This document shows positions 40,470-50,690 of a stretch of 64,000 nucleotides of DNA, in pieces. Each line of letters starts with the position of its first letter. Within the stretch, counting starts at the first letter, position 1. Location: positions 239,058-303,057 of the IMG/VR virus record IMGVR_UViG_3300027969_000039. One strand, given 5' to 3'. The translations under genes were made by a program, and so were the position numbers. The notes under the pieces were generated by a model. The model made no database searches. It was not told where the DNA came from and saw nothing but the letters and a program-made list of their open reading frames with translations.

Positions 40470-41266
40470 AACAACTATTCACCCCTACTCACACTAAAGT
40501 TAAAAATTTACAATGGGCATTGCACCTATTCATCATTCCTGCTATCTATTTTGGAGACATGTATTATTGGTTAACTACCTTAATAGTATTTTGGTTGATG
40601 CATGGATTAGGTTCAGGTATAGGCGCACATAGATTCTATACACACAAGACTTTTACTACTAGTAAAGTGTGGGAAATAATAATGTCATTTTGTTTTACTG
40701 TCAGTTGCACAGGTTCGACTGTTGGATATACTTTGATGCATCTCAAACATCATGGATTTAGCGATCAAGATAAAGATCCGCATAATCCAGAACCTAACTT
40801 TTGGAAAACATGGTGGGGAATTTATGATGAGACTAAGTTAGTATTTGGTCCCAAAGTGTATGCTAGATTGATGTCTAATCCAATAATGAATTTTTTCCAT
40901 AGGAACTATTTCCTTATAATCATATCATATGTATTATTATTAGCATTGATAAATCCCATGCTGATTATTTTTGCTTTTGCTATTCCCGCTGTAATGCAAT
41001 TTCAAACTAATGCGATTTTGATAGCACTAGTACATTCCCCAAAGAGCAAATTTGTCGGAGGATATCGTAACTTTGAAACTACTGACCGTTCAGTTAATAT
41101 ATGGTGGTTAAAGCCGTTATTGCTTGGAGAAGAATTGCACAACAATCATCACGGGATGCCAAGTAGTATAACAATGAATTCAGGTAGAGGATGGAAAGAC
41201 TTTGATCCATTGTACTATGTAATCAAGTATGTTATTTGCGGAAAGGAAACTGTTCGTGAAGTATAA
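40466..41266 (+). CDS. Membrane fatty-acid desaturase (delta-9-like)
   Basis: His boxes HRFYTH, HLKHH, GEELHNNHH; SD...DPH.P; transmembrane segments. Confidence 0.9.
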   Translation: MKQLFTPTHTKVKNLQWALHLFIIPAIYFGDMYYWLTTLIVFWLMHGLGSGIGAHRFYTHKTFTTSKVWEIIMSFCFTVSCTGSTVGYTLMHLKHHGFSDQDKDPHNPEPNFWKTWWGIYDETKLVFGPKVYARLMSNPIMNFFHRNYFLIIISYVLLLALINPMLIIFAFAIPAVMQFQTNAILIALVHSPKSKFVGGYRNFETTDRSVNIWWLKPLLLGEELHNNHHGMPSSITMNSGRGWKDFDPLYYVIKYVICGKETVREV

Positions 41267-42092
41267 AATACTAGATGCTAATGCAGTAGAGGTCTATGAT
41301 GTTGACTATAAGAATTTATCTACGGATGAAGTTAATCAGATAGCAGAGTTGTATTTCAAACATCTTGTTGTGATAGCCAGGGATCAACACTTATCTCCAG
41401 AAGATATGATCAAGGTAGCAAATCAGTTTGGCGTTCCTGAATATTTTGATCCAGAAACACAACGACAAAGAGCCGCTGAGAATGTCAATGGAGTACAAAG
41501 AGTTTGCAAAGGATTCAATGACGATGGTACTCCTAAAGGATTGTTTGGGCATGATGAAGAATTGAATTGGCATGCTAATCGACCATCAGCAGAGAACGAA
41601 CGCAAACCTATCATATTCCTAGTAGCAGCACATGATACTAAAGGATCAAAGATAAGCTGGGCCAATATGGCATTAGCCTACGATGATCTAGACCAATCGA
41701 CTAAAGATTTCTTAGAAGATAAGAAAGGTATATATGGATTTGAGCCGGACACATATACTAAGTCATTCAACATATGGAAACCACATCGCAATAAAGATGG
41801 ACAGAATTTTATCAGAACGAATCCAGTAGGGATAAAAGGAATGTTTTTTCCTTATTATCAATTTTTTGGATTTAAAGATGTTGATGAGAAAACTAATCAA
41901 TATTATAAAGAACTTCTATTCAATCATTCTTATCAAGACAAATATTGCTATCACCATGAGTATGAAGATGGCGATGTTATATTTGGAGATCAGTGGTTAA
42001 CTGTTCACAAACGATGGGCTTGTGAATTAGGTAATAGAATGATCTATAGAGTTTCTATGGATTGGTCTAAATGTCTAACTATCTCATTGTAG
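41229..42092 (+). CDS. TauD/TfdA-family dioxygenase (start may be GTG at 41256)
   Basis: LVVIARDQ.LS, WHAN, G...WANM..AYDDL, Y.H....GDVI..DQ..TVHKR. Confidence 0.8.
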   Translation: MLFAERKLFVKYKILDANAVEVYDVDYKNLSTDEVNQIAELYFKHLVVIARDQHLSPEDMIKVANQFGVPEYFDPETQRQRAAENVNGVQRVCKGFNDDGTPKGLFGHDEELNWHANRPSAENERKPIIFLVAAHDTKGSKISWANMALAYDDLDQSTKDFLEDKKGIYGFEPDTYTKSFNIWKPHRNKDGQNFIRTNPVGIKGMFFPYYQFFGFKDVDEKTNQYYKELLFNHSYQDKYCYHHEYEDGDVIFGDQWLTVHKRWACELGNRMIYRVSMDWSKCLTISL

Positions 42093-42799
42093 TAGGTATT
42101 TAAAATAGTATTACAGTACTCAATTTTTTCTATTCTGAATGAGTCACCTATCATACTTTGTAGAAAATCGATAATATCTACAAATCTTCTATCAACTAGC
42201 ATAGTACATAAATCTATTGAATTTTGTGTAGGTTTGGTATTAAATTTATTTAACACCAATTTATTACTGTTTTCTTCTGTCCCGGGGTAACATGCGACAT
42301 TTCTATCAAATTGATATTTCAACCCTCTTTCAGTCGTTGGAATAATAGATAGTTGTTTTATATTATATCCTAAACTAATCATTTCATCGTACGGTATAAT
42401 ATTGCTCCAGGTATGCATACCATATATCAATCTCATATCTTTTATATCAACATCATTATTACTATAAAACTTAATATCATTTGTTTGATGTTTCCATTTT
42501 TGCTGTTGAGCAATCAAATGAGTTGCTAAATTTTCAAAAAAATAAACATAATCAATAGTAGATGAAGGGTCACACTTGTCTAAAAACCAATTCACTATTC
42601 TTTTTGGAATTAATATATCGTAATCAATTTCTCTTGAAGCTGCATTCTGATTTATTGTTGTAGCGGATAATATTCTTGAATTCTCATAGTGTAATTTACT
42701 ATCTAGTTCAGCCCATAATCTTAATAACAGCTGGCCAGATGAACCAGGCATATAATCTATTAAAATTAATTCATTGTTTTCTAGTATTGAAAATTTCAT
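42044..42799 (-). CDS. Hypothetical protein with N-terminal Y.PGS.G loop (sulfotransferase-like?)
   Basis: IDYMPGSSGQLLLRLW; last gene of the minus-strand run. Confidence 0.45.
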   Translation of the reverse strand: MKFSILENNELILIDYMPGSSGQLLLRLWAELDSKLHYENSRILSATTINQNAASREIDYDILIPKRIVNWFLDKCDPSSTIDYVYFFENLATHLIAQQQKWKHQTNDIKFYSNNDVDIKDMRLIYGMHTWSNIIPYDEMISLGYNIKQLSIIPTTERGLKYQFDRNVACYPGTEENSNKLVLNKFNTKPTQNSIDLCTMLVDRRFVDIIDFLQSMIGDSFRIEKIEYCNTILNTYYNEIVRHLDQSIETL

Positions 42800-42800
42800 G

Positions 42801-43370
42801 TCACACTAAATCAAGTAGAATATTATTTAGATTAGGATCTATTTTTGACACCCAAGTGTTTATTGAATAAATTTCTAGTTCTCTTTTATCTTCACCTCTT
42901 TCAATAGAATATTTAAAATCAAACACTTTTATTTTACCATTCTTATGTGTCATATTGGCCATTGCATTATTAATTTTGTAAATATTATTTTCTTTGAAGA
43001 ACTTAAAAATTTCAACTATTTGTTCTGATGCGTCAGGTATAATGTGATTTAATCTAGTACTTTCATGCTCGTACCAAGTCAACAAATCTGGATTTGTCCA
43101 CTCTTGTATTAAATAAAAACCCGGCTCGTCTTTTAATTCACCATGCTCGTATAATTCAATTACCATATCAGATTTTAATTTAGTTGACCAATGTATTTCA
43201 GTATTAAAAAGTGAGGTTATTCTTTCCATAGATGTCTCAAACGGTTTTTTGCCGGTTATAGTAATACTATCTGGTTTATAAAATTTTTTACAAAGACCTG
43301 CATCCTTGTCTACCCAAACTTCAGCGGCCGACCCGCGGGACCCATTATCTTTTTGAAATAATTTAAACAT
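42801..43370 (-). CDS. Atypical kinase-fold protein
   Basis: RGSAAEVW, CKKFY, E-helix, LIQEW, DLL, N..N, KVFDFK. Confidence 0.55.
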   Translation of the reverse strand: MFKLFQKDNGSRGSAAEVWVDKDAGLCKKFYKPDSITITGKKPFETSMERITSLFNTEIHWSTKLKSDMVIELYEHGELKDEPGFYLIQEWTNPDLLTWYEHESTRLNHIIPDASEQIVEIFKFFKENNIYKINNAMANMTHKNGKIKVFDFKYSIERGEDKRELEIYSINTWVSKIDPNLNNILLDLV

Positions 43371-43379
43371 TTAATCTAA

Positions 43380-43961
43380 TCAACGATTACTTAATATTAC
43401 TGCTACTAAATGAACTCTTGAACCTTTACTCCCATTAAATGCGGTATGTCTTTTTGTAGTATCTGCTATATGCCATTTGTTTAATGGTAAAGTCATAACT
43501 TCATCTTCTATTACTAAAAAACATCCTTCTTGTGATACAATTGGATAATGTAACCTAGGAGTATCATCAACATGCCAACTCAAACATGTTTTTGGTTTCA
43601 AATTCATCAATCTGATCCTACCTAATATATATCTTTCATTTAACATATTAAAAACTGTTTCAAAAGTTGTTCCTTTAAATTGACTGCACATGACCGTAAA
43701 GTCAGATTCATTTAACTGTTCTGTTTTTATAAAAAGATTACTAATATTATCAATACCGTTAACTGAATCTATTTTAGAATTATTCCAATCAAACATTAAA
43801 CTTCCTGCACCTTTGTGAAAATCATGTTCAAAATTTGGTATAGAATTTAAACAAATTTGATTTTGTTCTCCCCAGCTTAACACCTTTGAACTTATTAATT
43901 GATCAAGTTCTATGGATAGTGTTTCGAATGTTGGTAAATTTACTTCAGTAAAATATTTCAT
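43380..43961 (-). CDS. Aspartyl/asparaginyl beta-hydroxylase-like Fe(II)/2OG oxygenase
   Basis: GRIRLM.L.P..CLSWHVD...RLHYPI...DT...HTAFN.....RVHLV. Confidence 0.75.
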   Translation of the reverse strand: MKYFTEVNLPTFETLSIELDQLISSKVLSWGEQNQICLNSIPNFEHDFHKGAGSLMFDWNNSKIDSVNGIDNISNLFIKTEQLNESDFTVMCSQFKGTTFETVFNMLNERYILGRIRLMNLKPKTCLSWHVDDTPRLHYPIVSQEGCFLVIEDEVMTLPLNKWHIADTTKRHTAFNGSKGSRVHLVAVILSNR

Positions 43962-43981
43962 TTGATATTATATTAATAATG

Positions 43982-44506
43982 TTATGGTCTAATTAAGCAT
44001 TCAGTAACTCTATATTTAATTCCCCAATTAATCTGTTCTATTATATATTTTGCAGCATCGCTAACTTCTATATATGATTCAGGGTTACAATCTCTTAATA
44101 CCCGTTGAGTACCTACCCAGCCAAATTTAATATTAATTACTTTGCATGGATCGTCTAAATGACTTAATTGCTCAGAGGCTTTGTCTAATGCAATTTTGTG
44201 TGCTGTATACATGTGGGGAAAATTTTTGATTCCGCAAGTAGTGGATGAACCTATATTAACTATTATTTTGTTGGAACCTTGCCAAACTTTAAATAACTCG
44301 TATAACAAAGTTACCTGATTAAAATCAGCGTATGCATTATTGATGAATACATCACACTCAATAGACTGTAATATTATAGATTCTCTGTTTTCTTTAACTG
44401 TAATATCATATCCATTACTCTTAGAGAACCCTATATAATTTGATTCTAATAAATTAGTCAATGCTAATCCTATCCCTTGAGTATGACCTGTAATTGCGTA
44501 CTTCAT
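43982..44506 (-). CDS. Short-chain dehydrogenase/reductase-like protein
   Basis: AITGHTQGIG, DVFINNA, NIGS, YTAHK; ATGA overlap places the start at 44506. Confidence 0.75.
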   Translation of the reverse strand: MKYAITGHTQGIGLALTNLLESNYIGFSKSNGYDITVKENRESIILQSIECDVFINNAYADFNQVTLLYELFKVWQGSNKIIVNIGSSTTCGIKNFPHMYTAHKIALDKASEQLSHLDDPCKVINIKFGWVGTQRVLRDCNPESYIEVSDAAKYIIEQINWGIKYRVTECLIRP

Positions 44507-45138
44507 ACAAACCTTTTGAATCCCCAAAGTCTTTCTTTGCACCACCAGCAGTTATTACAGTGTCCTAAAAAATCAGCCGGAGGATTTTCTATTTCGCAGC
44601 TTCTAGTTAATGGAAATAACGTTTCTGTTAAGTTTAAAGAGTGGTACATTTCAGCTATTTTTATTTTATCAATATTAAAAAATGGAAAACAAAAATTATC
44701 ATAAATTATAGATTTTACTATTAACGGGTCTCTCTCCACATGTTCAGTATTGTCAATTGGTGTCAAAAAATTATCTGCTATGTCTTTAGGAGGATTAGCT
44801 GTTAATCCTGCATATAATTTAGTTATTTTTTTATTTTCTAACATTTCATTGGGCAATCTAAGTAATTTTTCATTATTTTGTACATCAAGATATACTACAT
44901 GATGATTTATATTATTGTTTTTGGTTAACTCTACGCACTTGTCAATTACATTAGCTGCAACTTTTGCCGGTAATCTTCCCTTAAGGTCTGGTGCTAATGT
45001 AAATACTTCAAGTGTTTCTTTTTTATTTAATAGTAAAATATACAATAAAAGGCTACTATCGGTTCCACCGGAGAAATTTATTCCTACGTTCCCATCAAAT
45101 AATGGAATTTCTACATTTTCTATTATTATATTTTTCAT
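44503..45138 (-). CDS. QueC-like PP-loop (adenine nucleotide alpha-hydrolase) protein
   Basis: SGGTDS, PF..IDK, LTRSC...HC..CWWC.ER.WGF. Confidence 0.75.
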   Translation of the reverse strand: MKNIIIENVEIPLFDGNVGINFSGGTDSSLLLYILLLNKKETLEVFTLAPDLKGRLPAKVAANVIDKCVELTKNNNINHHVVYLDVQNNEKLLRLPNEMLENKKITKLYAGLTANPPKDIADNFLTPIDNTEHVERDPLIVKSIIYDNFCFPFFNIDKIKIAEMYHSLNLTETLFPLTRSCEIENPPADFLGHCNNCWWCKERLWGFKRFV

Positions 45139-46244
45139 ATCGTCCTCTTTGGCAATTTACTATCGGCACTACTTACACATGAATTACTTATACAAATCAT
45201 AGGCTTATCGAATAATTTGAATCCAGTCTCTATGTTTCCCAGTGGAGTATCAGTGCAACTATAACTACGCTTGATACTACCATCTGGTTCTCTGATGATT
45301 ATGCCTTGAAATCCACTATTACATTCCCAACCTTTAAAATTGTTGAACCCGAACGCATTGAATCGTTCTGCTTGATCCATGTACCATTTCTTACCGTATT
45401 TATCAGTGAATTCTACTTGCATGTGTGCAGGCACACTACTATCATTTTCTCCTGCCATGTGAGGAGGAACTTCAAATTTAGCTTTTGGTCTATCATTCCA
45501 TACACGCTTCTTTTCAGTATAAGCACGTTGCGGCATACCATTATGTAACTGTTTCATCTGTTCTTCAGTATACCCACTGACTACAAAATTAGCAGTAGGA
45601 TCGCTCTGCGGTTTCAACGTGACATTGATTCCTTGATTGTGGAAGAACAATGCATTCTCGTAGTCTTTATCAAACCATGCGGGAACCATTACCATGTTGA
45701 TGGTTATCTGTACATCATGTTCTTGACAGAATATCAGTTTATCTGCAAAGTCTTGCATCTTCTCAATCGTGTCAAGATGCTCTGTGTGTAGACTCGCCGT
45801 GATGCTAGCACGATGAAATTTCTTAGCATGTTCTACATATGTCTCAAACCATTTCATATTCCTAGAACAGTTACTGGTCATATGTATGCTAGTGTAATTA
45901 GTATTGTCTACATCATTCGCTAGATACTTTAGTATGTCTAGATATCCAGGATGAAACGTAGGTTCACCACCACTTAGACTAAAATGAAAACTATTAAATC
46001 CATTAAGTCTAGCTTGAGATTTTATCTCATCTATAGTACTTAAGCATAACTCTGTAGGTCTATGGTCTTTCGTATCACTACGGGCATAAGGCCAGCAATA
46101 GCTACATTTGTAGTTACAAAATCTACCTAGCAACCAACTGACGGTGAATAGGTCACGATACAATAAAGTTCGTTGGCCTACTTGCACTATATCTTTAAAT
46201 GGGATTTTAGTGAAATCATAATCACTGTATTTTAAATCAGTCAT
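45135..46244 (-). CDS. Radical SAM protein with C-terminal SPASM/twitch region
   Basis: CNYKCSYC, SGGEPT, WEC.SG...SC...LGNI...C...C.S..D. Confidence 0.9.
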   Translation of the reverse strand: MTDLKYSDYDFTKIPFKDIVQVGQRTLLYRDLFTVSWLLGRFCNYKCSYCWPYARSDTKDHRPTELCLSTIDEIKSQARLNGFNSFHFSLSGGEPTFHPGYLDILKYLANDVDNTNYTSIHMTSNCSRNMKWFETYVEHAKKFHRASITASLHTEHLDTIEKMQDFADKLIFCQEHDVQITINMVMVPAWFDKDYENALFFHNQGINVTLKPQSDPTANFVVSGYTEEQMKQLHNGMPQRAYTEKKRVWNDRPKAKFEVPPHMAGENDSSVPAHMQVEFTDKYGKKWYMDQAERFNAFGFNNFKGWECNSGFQGIIIREPDGSIKRSYSCTDTPLGNIETGFKLFDKPMICISNSCVSSADSKLPKRTI

Positions 46245-47197
46245 AATATATATGGGGCCACATTAAATCCATGTTTGGACAATAACGACAAATTCTTTTT
46301 GTGCCAAACAATCAATTCATCATTAAATGATGAATCATAGTCAATATCAAATATTTCTTCTAAATATCCTTTAATAAAGATTTTAGAATAATCAATAATA
46401 GTAACTCCTCTTTCTTTTAATGCTGGGATTTGAAAATTTGAATAGGCTTCAAAATTTCCCATTATTTTATAAAAATACTTATTATATAAATCAAACGGAG
46501 TTGAATTAAAAATTTCATTAAAGGTAATGTTTTTATCATATTTCATATATGCAATTACGTCTAACTGCATTCCGTACATAATCGTTATGTTATTTTTTAT
46601 AACCCAATCTAGTCCATTGTTTAACAAGCTAGACAATTCAGCGTCATTTATATACCTACTACGGTCATGCTCAAAAAATTTAATTTTATCATTCTCTTTA
46701 AGGCAGATATGTTTAACTGCTAAATCTTTTATAAATAATAAACTTCCTGCATAAGTATACCATTTTTCATTATCAGCACATATCAAATAAGTATTTTCTT
46801 TAGTAAAGTATGAATTTGATAAAATATTGCATCTAAACAAAGGTGGCTTGTGATCTTGTTTTAAATAAACAATAGCCTCATTTACTTTGTCTTTTATGTT
46901 ATACCCTAAAAAATCATTTTTAGTTTTTATGACATTGATTAAATCAGTAATTGATGAATTGTAAGTAAGGTTGCAATGATATACTAAATGAAAAAAATAT
47001 GGCAATCTGACTAAAGTTCTATTTTCTGAAGTTACAATAACTTGAGTAGAAACATTATTCCTAAATTTTTTAGTATGTGTCGAGATTAAATTAGTTAAAA
47101 ATTCACCACCTGCCCCTCCACCATACATGAGATAGTATATTGGATAATTGCATAATGCTTCTAAAATTAGTTCATCATCATTCATATATAGCTCCAT
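46241..47197 (-). CDS. Hypothetical protein with N-terminal YGGGAGGEFL loop (start may be 47185)
   Basis: Glycine loop similar to that of 42044-42799; very AT-rich. Confidence 0.5.
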   Translation of the reverse strand: MELYMNDDELILEALCNYPIYYLMYGGGAGGEFLTNLISTHTKKFRNNVSTQVIVTSENRTLVRLPYFFHLVYHCNLTYNSSITDLINVIKTKNDFLGYNIKDKVNEAIVYLKQDHKPPLFRCNILSNSYFTKENTYLICADNEKWYTYAGSLLFIKDLAVKHICLKENDKIKFFEHDRSRYINDAELSSLLNNGLDWVIKNNITIMYGMQLDVIAYMKYDKNITFNEIFNSTPFDLYNKYFYKIMGNFEAYSNFQIPALKERGVTIIDYSKIFIKGYLEEIFDIDYDSSFNDELIVWHKKNLSLLSKHGFNVAPYIL

Positions 47198-48471
47198 GTT
47201 TTTATTAAAGTAGAAACAAATGGAAAAATATTAATCCAATCTTGTTTTTGATTTATAGCTAACCGATTAAATACTCCTACTAATTGTTTTCGTGTTTCAT
47301 TGAGCAACGATTCAGACATTATCATACGAGATGAGGTACAATACTTCTCATAAGAATCAAGTTTTTTTAATATTTTTTTGTCCCCGTTAGCTTTGTTTTT
47401 TACAATATCAAATATAGTATTCTGTTGCCGTTCATCAAGTAAATTGATATTGAAAAATGCTGGGTTATATACTAAATGACTAGTACCAGGATTTTCTATG
47501 TCTCTGTTTATCTTCTTATAGTTTTGCTTCTTTATCCATATCATTAAGTCAGAGTAATGTTCCAGTGTTAATATACTTACTGTAGTAGAAGTGAACACAG
47601 TAATGTTTTCCGCAGATTCATCCAACATTTTTAAATTTTGTTCAATAGTTTCCCATTTTGAAGGGTAACGAACAGCATCGTTAGCAATTCCATACGCATC
47701 TACACTAGCGCAAATTCTAATCACTTTGAATTTTTTCCACATGTCAAACAACAACGGAGGGAATACAGTTAAGTTCACGCTATATTCTAACTCAATGTTT
47801 TTTGCGTAACCTTCTTCTATCAACCTATTCAATAGATAATGATGGTACTTAATTATTAATGGTTCACCGCCACCGAACTTAATCTTGTTTAAATATTTTG
47901 AATTTTCGATTAATGCATCTATCTTATCTTTGTCATTGGCCCAATCAAAGTCGCTATCAGCTAATTTCAGATTGTAAATCTTGTCATCTACAATAAAATG
48001 ATCATGTCCAGTTATCTCTTGATAATCTTTATACCATAAGGTAGATTCACCGGGAAAACACATTACACATCGTAGATTACATTGATTTCCTATCCTAAGG
48101 TCTAGTGAAACTAACTTTGAATTAGTTATCGTACCGTCGACGGTCGTGCTGTTGATAGCATCATCAATAGTAAATGTATCTAAATGTCTTTTAGTTTCCC
48201 AATCGTTTCTGCTGTTACTTCCCGTACTAGTATCAACCTCACACCGCTTGCATTGTTCTGGCCACACCCCATTTAATATATCTTTGCGTACTTGCTTAAG
48301 TGTGTCACAATTTAATACATTGTCTATGTTAGCTAAACTATCTGCTTTCAATGTCACTTTATCTTTGGACAGCACGGTATTTTCATTACTACCACTTTGA
48401 CTATGGGAACACATACGGAGTGTTCCGTTATTTTTAATTGCGACATGAGTCCAAGGTAAAGGGCACCACAT
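47182..48471 (-). CDS. Radical SAM protein with N-terminal twitch/SPASM domain
   Basis: CPLPW...C, C.RC, DLRIGNQCNLRCVMC, GGEPL, RYPSKW. Confidence 0.9.
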   Translation of the reverse strand: MWCPLPWTHVAIKNNGTLRMCSHSQSGSNENTVLSKDKVTLKADSLANIDNVLNCDTLKQVRKDILNGVWPEQCKRCEVDTSTGSNSRNDWETKRHLDTFTIDDAINSTTVDGTITNSKLVSLDLRIGNQCNLRCVMCFPGESTLWYKDYQEITGHDHFIVDDKIYNLKLADSDFDWANDKDKIDALIENSKYLNKIKFGGGEPLIIKYHHYLLNRLIEEGYAKNIELEYSVNLTVFPPLLFDMWKKFKVIRICASVDAYGIANDAVRYPSKWETIEQNLKMLDESAENITVFTSTTVSILTLEHYSDLMIWIKKQNYKKINRDIENPGTSHLVYNPAFFNINLLDERQQNTIFDIVKNKANGDKKILKKLDSYEKYCTSSRMIMSESLLNETRKQLVGVFNRLAINQKQDWINIFPFVSTLIKTWSYI

Positions 48472-48491
48472 ATATTCTTATTTGTTATTGA

Positions 48492-48510
48492 TATTTATAC
48501 AGTATAAATA
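48492..48510. promoter_or_regulatory. Back-to-back T4-type late promoters (TATAAATA on both strands)
   Basis: Perfect inverted repeat TATTTATAC-A-GTATAAATA between divergent genes. Confidence 0.7.
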
Positions 48511-48527
48511 CGCTGGGAACAATACTT

Positions 48528-49373
48528 ATGCGTGATTCGGAGAATAGACAATATACAAGTGAATGGCTACAACATGAACGCCCTCAACCCATGTACGATT
48601 CATCTATCAACAAACTATATGAATCAGTTTTCTACACCAATCCGGCATACAATGATGATATAGCTAATGAATTCAAAATAGAATTCATACATTTTCTTAA
48701 CAATCATTCACTCAGTAAATTATCAGGTATTGATATGTTCCCTCATACTGATATATGTGTGGGGTGTACCCAATTTATTGATGATATCTATCAGCGTGTA
48801 GGTACCAATGATGTTATGATATTTGAAAATGATTACAAATATCACTGGAGATTGAACAATGACATTGAATATGTTACATTAGATACGCTTGTTCCAAATA
48901 AAGAATTGATAATCTCTATGCCTTTCCCTGCACACGGAGATGTGCATCCATTAATGCATACTATATTAGACCGTTGCGAACAACTAGATATACCCGTGCA
49001 TTTAGACGGTGCATGGATAACTTGTAGTAGAGATATAACATTCAACTTTGATCACCCTGCTATCAAAACTTTTGCTGTAAGTCTAAGCAAAGGTGGAATG
49101 GGCAATGATAGAATAGGTGTACGATTTTCACGCACTAGACCATGTGGAGCGATAACCATAATGAATGACTTTAATATGAATTGCAAAAGCCTGTTACATA
49201 CTGGATTGAAGTTTATGCAAGAGTTAGGTTCTGAATATTTCTGGAAAAAATATGAGACTAGATACTATAAAGTATGTGAAGATTTCAATCTAATACCCAC
49301 TAAATCTATACATGTAGCTAAAACAATGCAAGGAAAAATCGTAGGTATCAGACCTTTGTTGAGATGTTTATAA
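48528..49373 (+). CDS. PLP-dependent enzyme-like protein (fold type I)
   Basis: VHLDGAW and FAVSLSKG (candidate Schiff-base Lys), R.G.R. Confidence 0.65.
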   Translation: MRDSENRQYTSEWLQHERPQPMYDSSINKLYESVFYTNPAYNDDIANEFKIEFIHFLNNHSLSKLSGIDMFPHTDICVGCTQFIDDIYQRVGTNDVMIFENDYKYHWRLNNDIEYVTLDTLVPNKELIISMPFPAHGDVHPLMHTILDRCEQLDIPVHLDGAWITCSRDITFNFDHPAIKTFAVSLSKGGMGNDRIGVRFSRTRPCGAITIMNDFNMNCKSLLHTGLKFMQELGSEYFWKKYETRYYKVCEDFNLIPTKSIHVAKTMQGKIVGIRPLLRCL

Positions 49374-50687
49374 GAAGTATTTCTCTAATGATGGAATTAT
49401 ATCAACTATATCTTGATTACGTTCTTTATCTAAAAACTTAGTATAATTTACAAACTCTGAAAATTGAGTTTCGTGCAGGTCTTCTTGATTCATGTATGTA
49501 AGAATTCCAGTGTATATATCATTTGCACGTTCAATTAACGCACTGTCAATTTCAGATTCATTTAATTTAATCATAGATTCTTTGTATCTAGTTTCTATCT
49601 GAGTTTTTATCTCAGGTGGCAGTACCCTAACATTTAATGACAATGGACGATGTGCTACATGATGTGATATTATAGGACGATTTGACCTTATACTATCTAG
49701 ACCACTTTCAAATATTTTCCATTCAACAAAATCAGCTATATGTAAAGCATTATATGCGGTAACTGTAACGGTCAACCAGCATTTTATATTTGTTTGAGTC
49801 TCTACTAACTTATTTAATTTTTGTAGATTGGGGTATAGTTGACTCCATTTAACAGGCCATCTTTGATATTCGACTACCTTACCAAATCCATCTATACTTA
49901 CTCCTAACTCTACTTGCTTGAATTTTTTCCATAATTCTAATGCTCTTTTGGGTAATGTGGTTCCGTTAGTATTATATTCTAATTTTATATTTTTGGCAAC
50001 ATCCTTGTCTATGCATTTTTGTAAGAACTCGTAGTGCCTCTCTATCATTAATGGTTCGCCTCCTGCCATATAAACATGCCGTATGTTAGCCAAGTTACTC
50101 TCAATTTGTGTCCAAAAATTCTCTGAGTCATGCCAATCATAATCATTAGTAGCAAGTCTGCCTACGCTGTTTCTAATAAGCTGAACTTTTCCGTGTGTAT
50201 CATTAAAGCTATCTTTTCCAGTGTAAGAAGCCCATTGCTCATACCAACTATGACTATCAGTGGGACCGCACATTCTGCAAACTAGATTACATAGATTTCC
50301 AAACCTCATGTCATAAGATATAACCGGAAATTTCTCAATATCAATAGTTCCATCATCACTAGTATCATTTATTACATCATCTAATGACATTTCCCAATCA
50401 GCAATAGCATAATGTCTGTTGCTGGTCAATCCATTGTTTTCTTCTACTGTGCATCTTTTACATTCAGGACTCCATTCACCTACAATCATGTTCTTTCTAA
50501 GACGCTTCATTAACTCTGAATTACGTGATTCATCTAAATTGGCTGTTGCAGCATTAAATGTAGTGCCATCATCTCTGATAAGGATTCCCCTATTAGGACT
50601 TTGATTTGCTTGACAGCAAACGCGAACATCTCCGTTGTTACGGAATGCTTGGTAAACCCAAGGCAAAGGACAAAACGTATCAGACAT
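49368..50687 (-). CDS. Radical SAM protein with N-terminal twitch/SPASM domain
   Basis: CPLPW..VRVCC, CKRC, DMRFGNLCNLVCRMC, GGEPL, YNTN. Confidence 0.9.
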   Translation of the reverse strand: MSDTFCPLPWVYQAFRNNGDVRVCCQANQSPNRGILIRDDGTTFNAATANLDESRNSELMKRLRKNMIVGEWSPECKRCTVEENNGLTSNRHYAIADWEMSLDDVINDTSDDGTIDIEKFPVISYDMRFGNLCNLVCRMCGPTDSHSWYEQWASYTGKDSFNDTHGKVQLIRNSVGRLATNDYDWHDSENFWTQIESNLANIRHVYMAGGEPLMIERHYEFLQKCIDKDVAKNIKLEYNTNGTTLPKRALELWKKFKQVELGVSIDGFGKVVEYQRWPVKWSQLYPNLQKLNKLVETQTNIKCWLTVTVTAYNALHIADFVEWKIFESGLDSIRSNRPIISHHVAHRPLSLNVRVLPPEIKTQIETRYKESMIKLNESEIDSALIERANDIYTGILTYMNQEDLHETQFSEFVNYTKFLDKERNQDIVDIIPSLEKYFL

Positions 50688-50690
50688 AAT

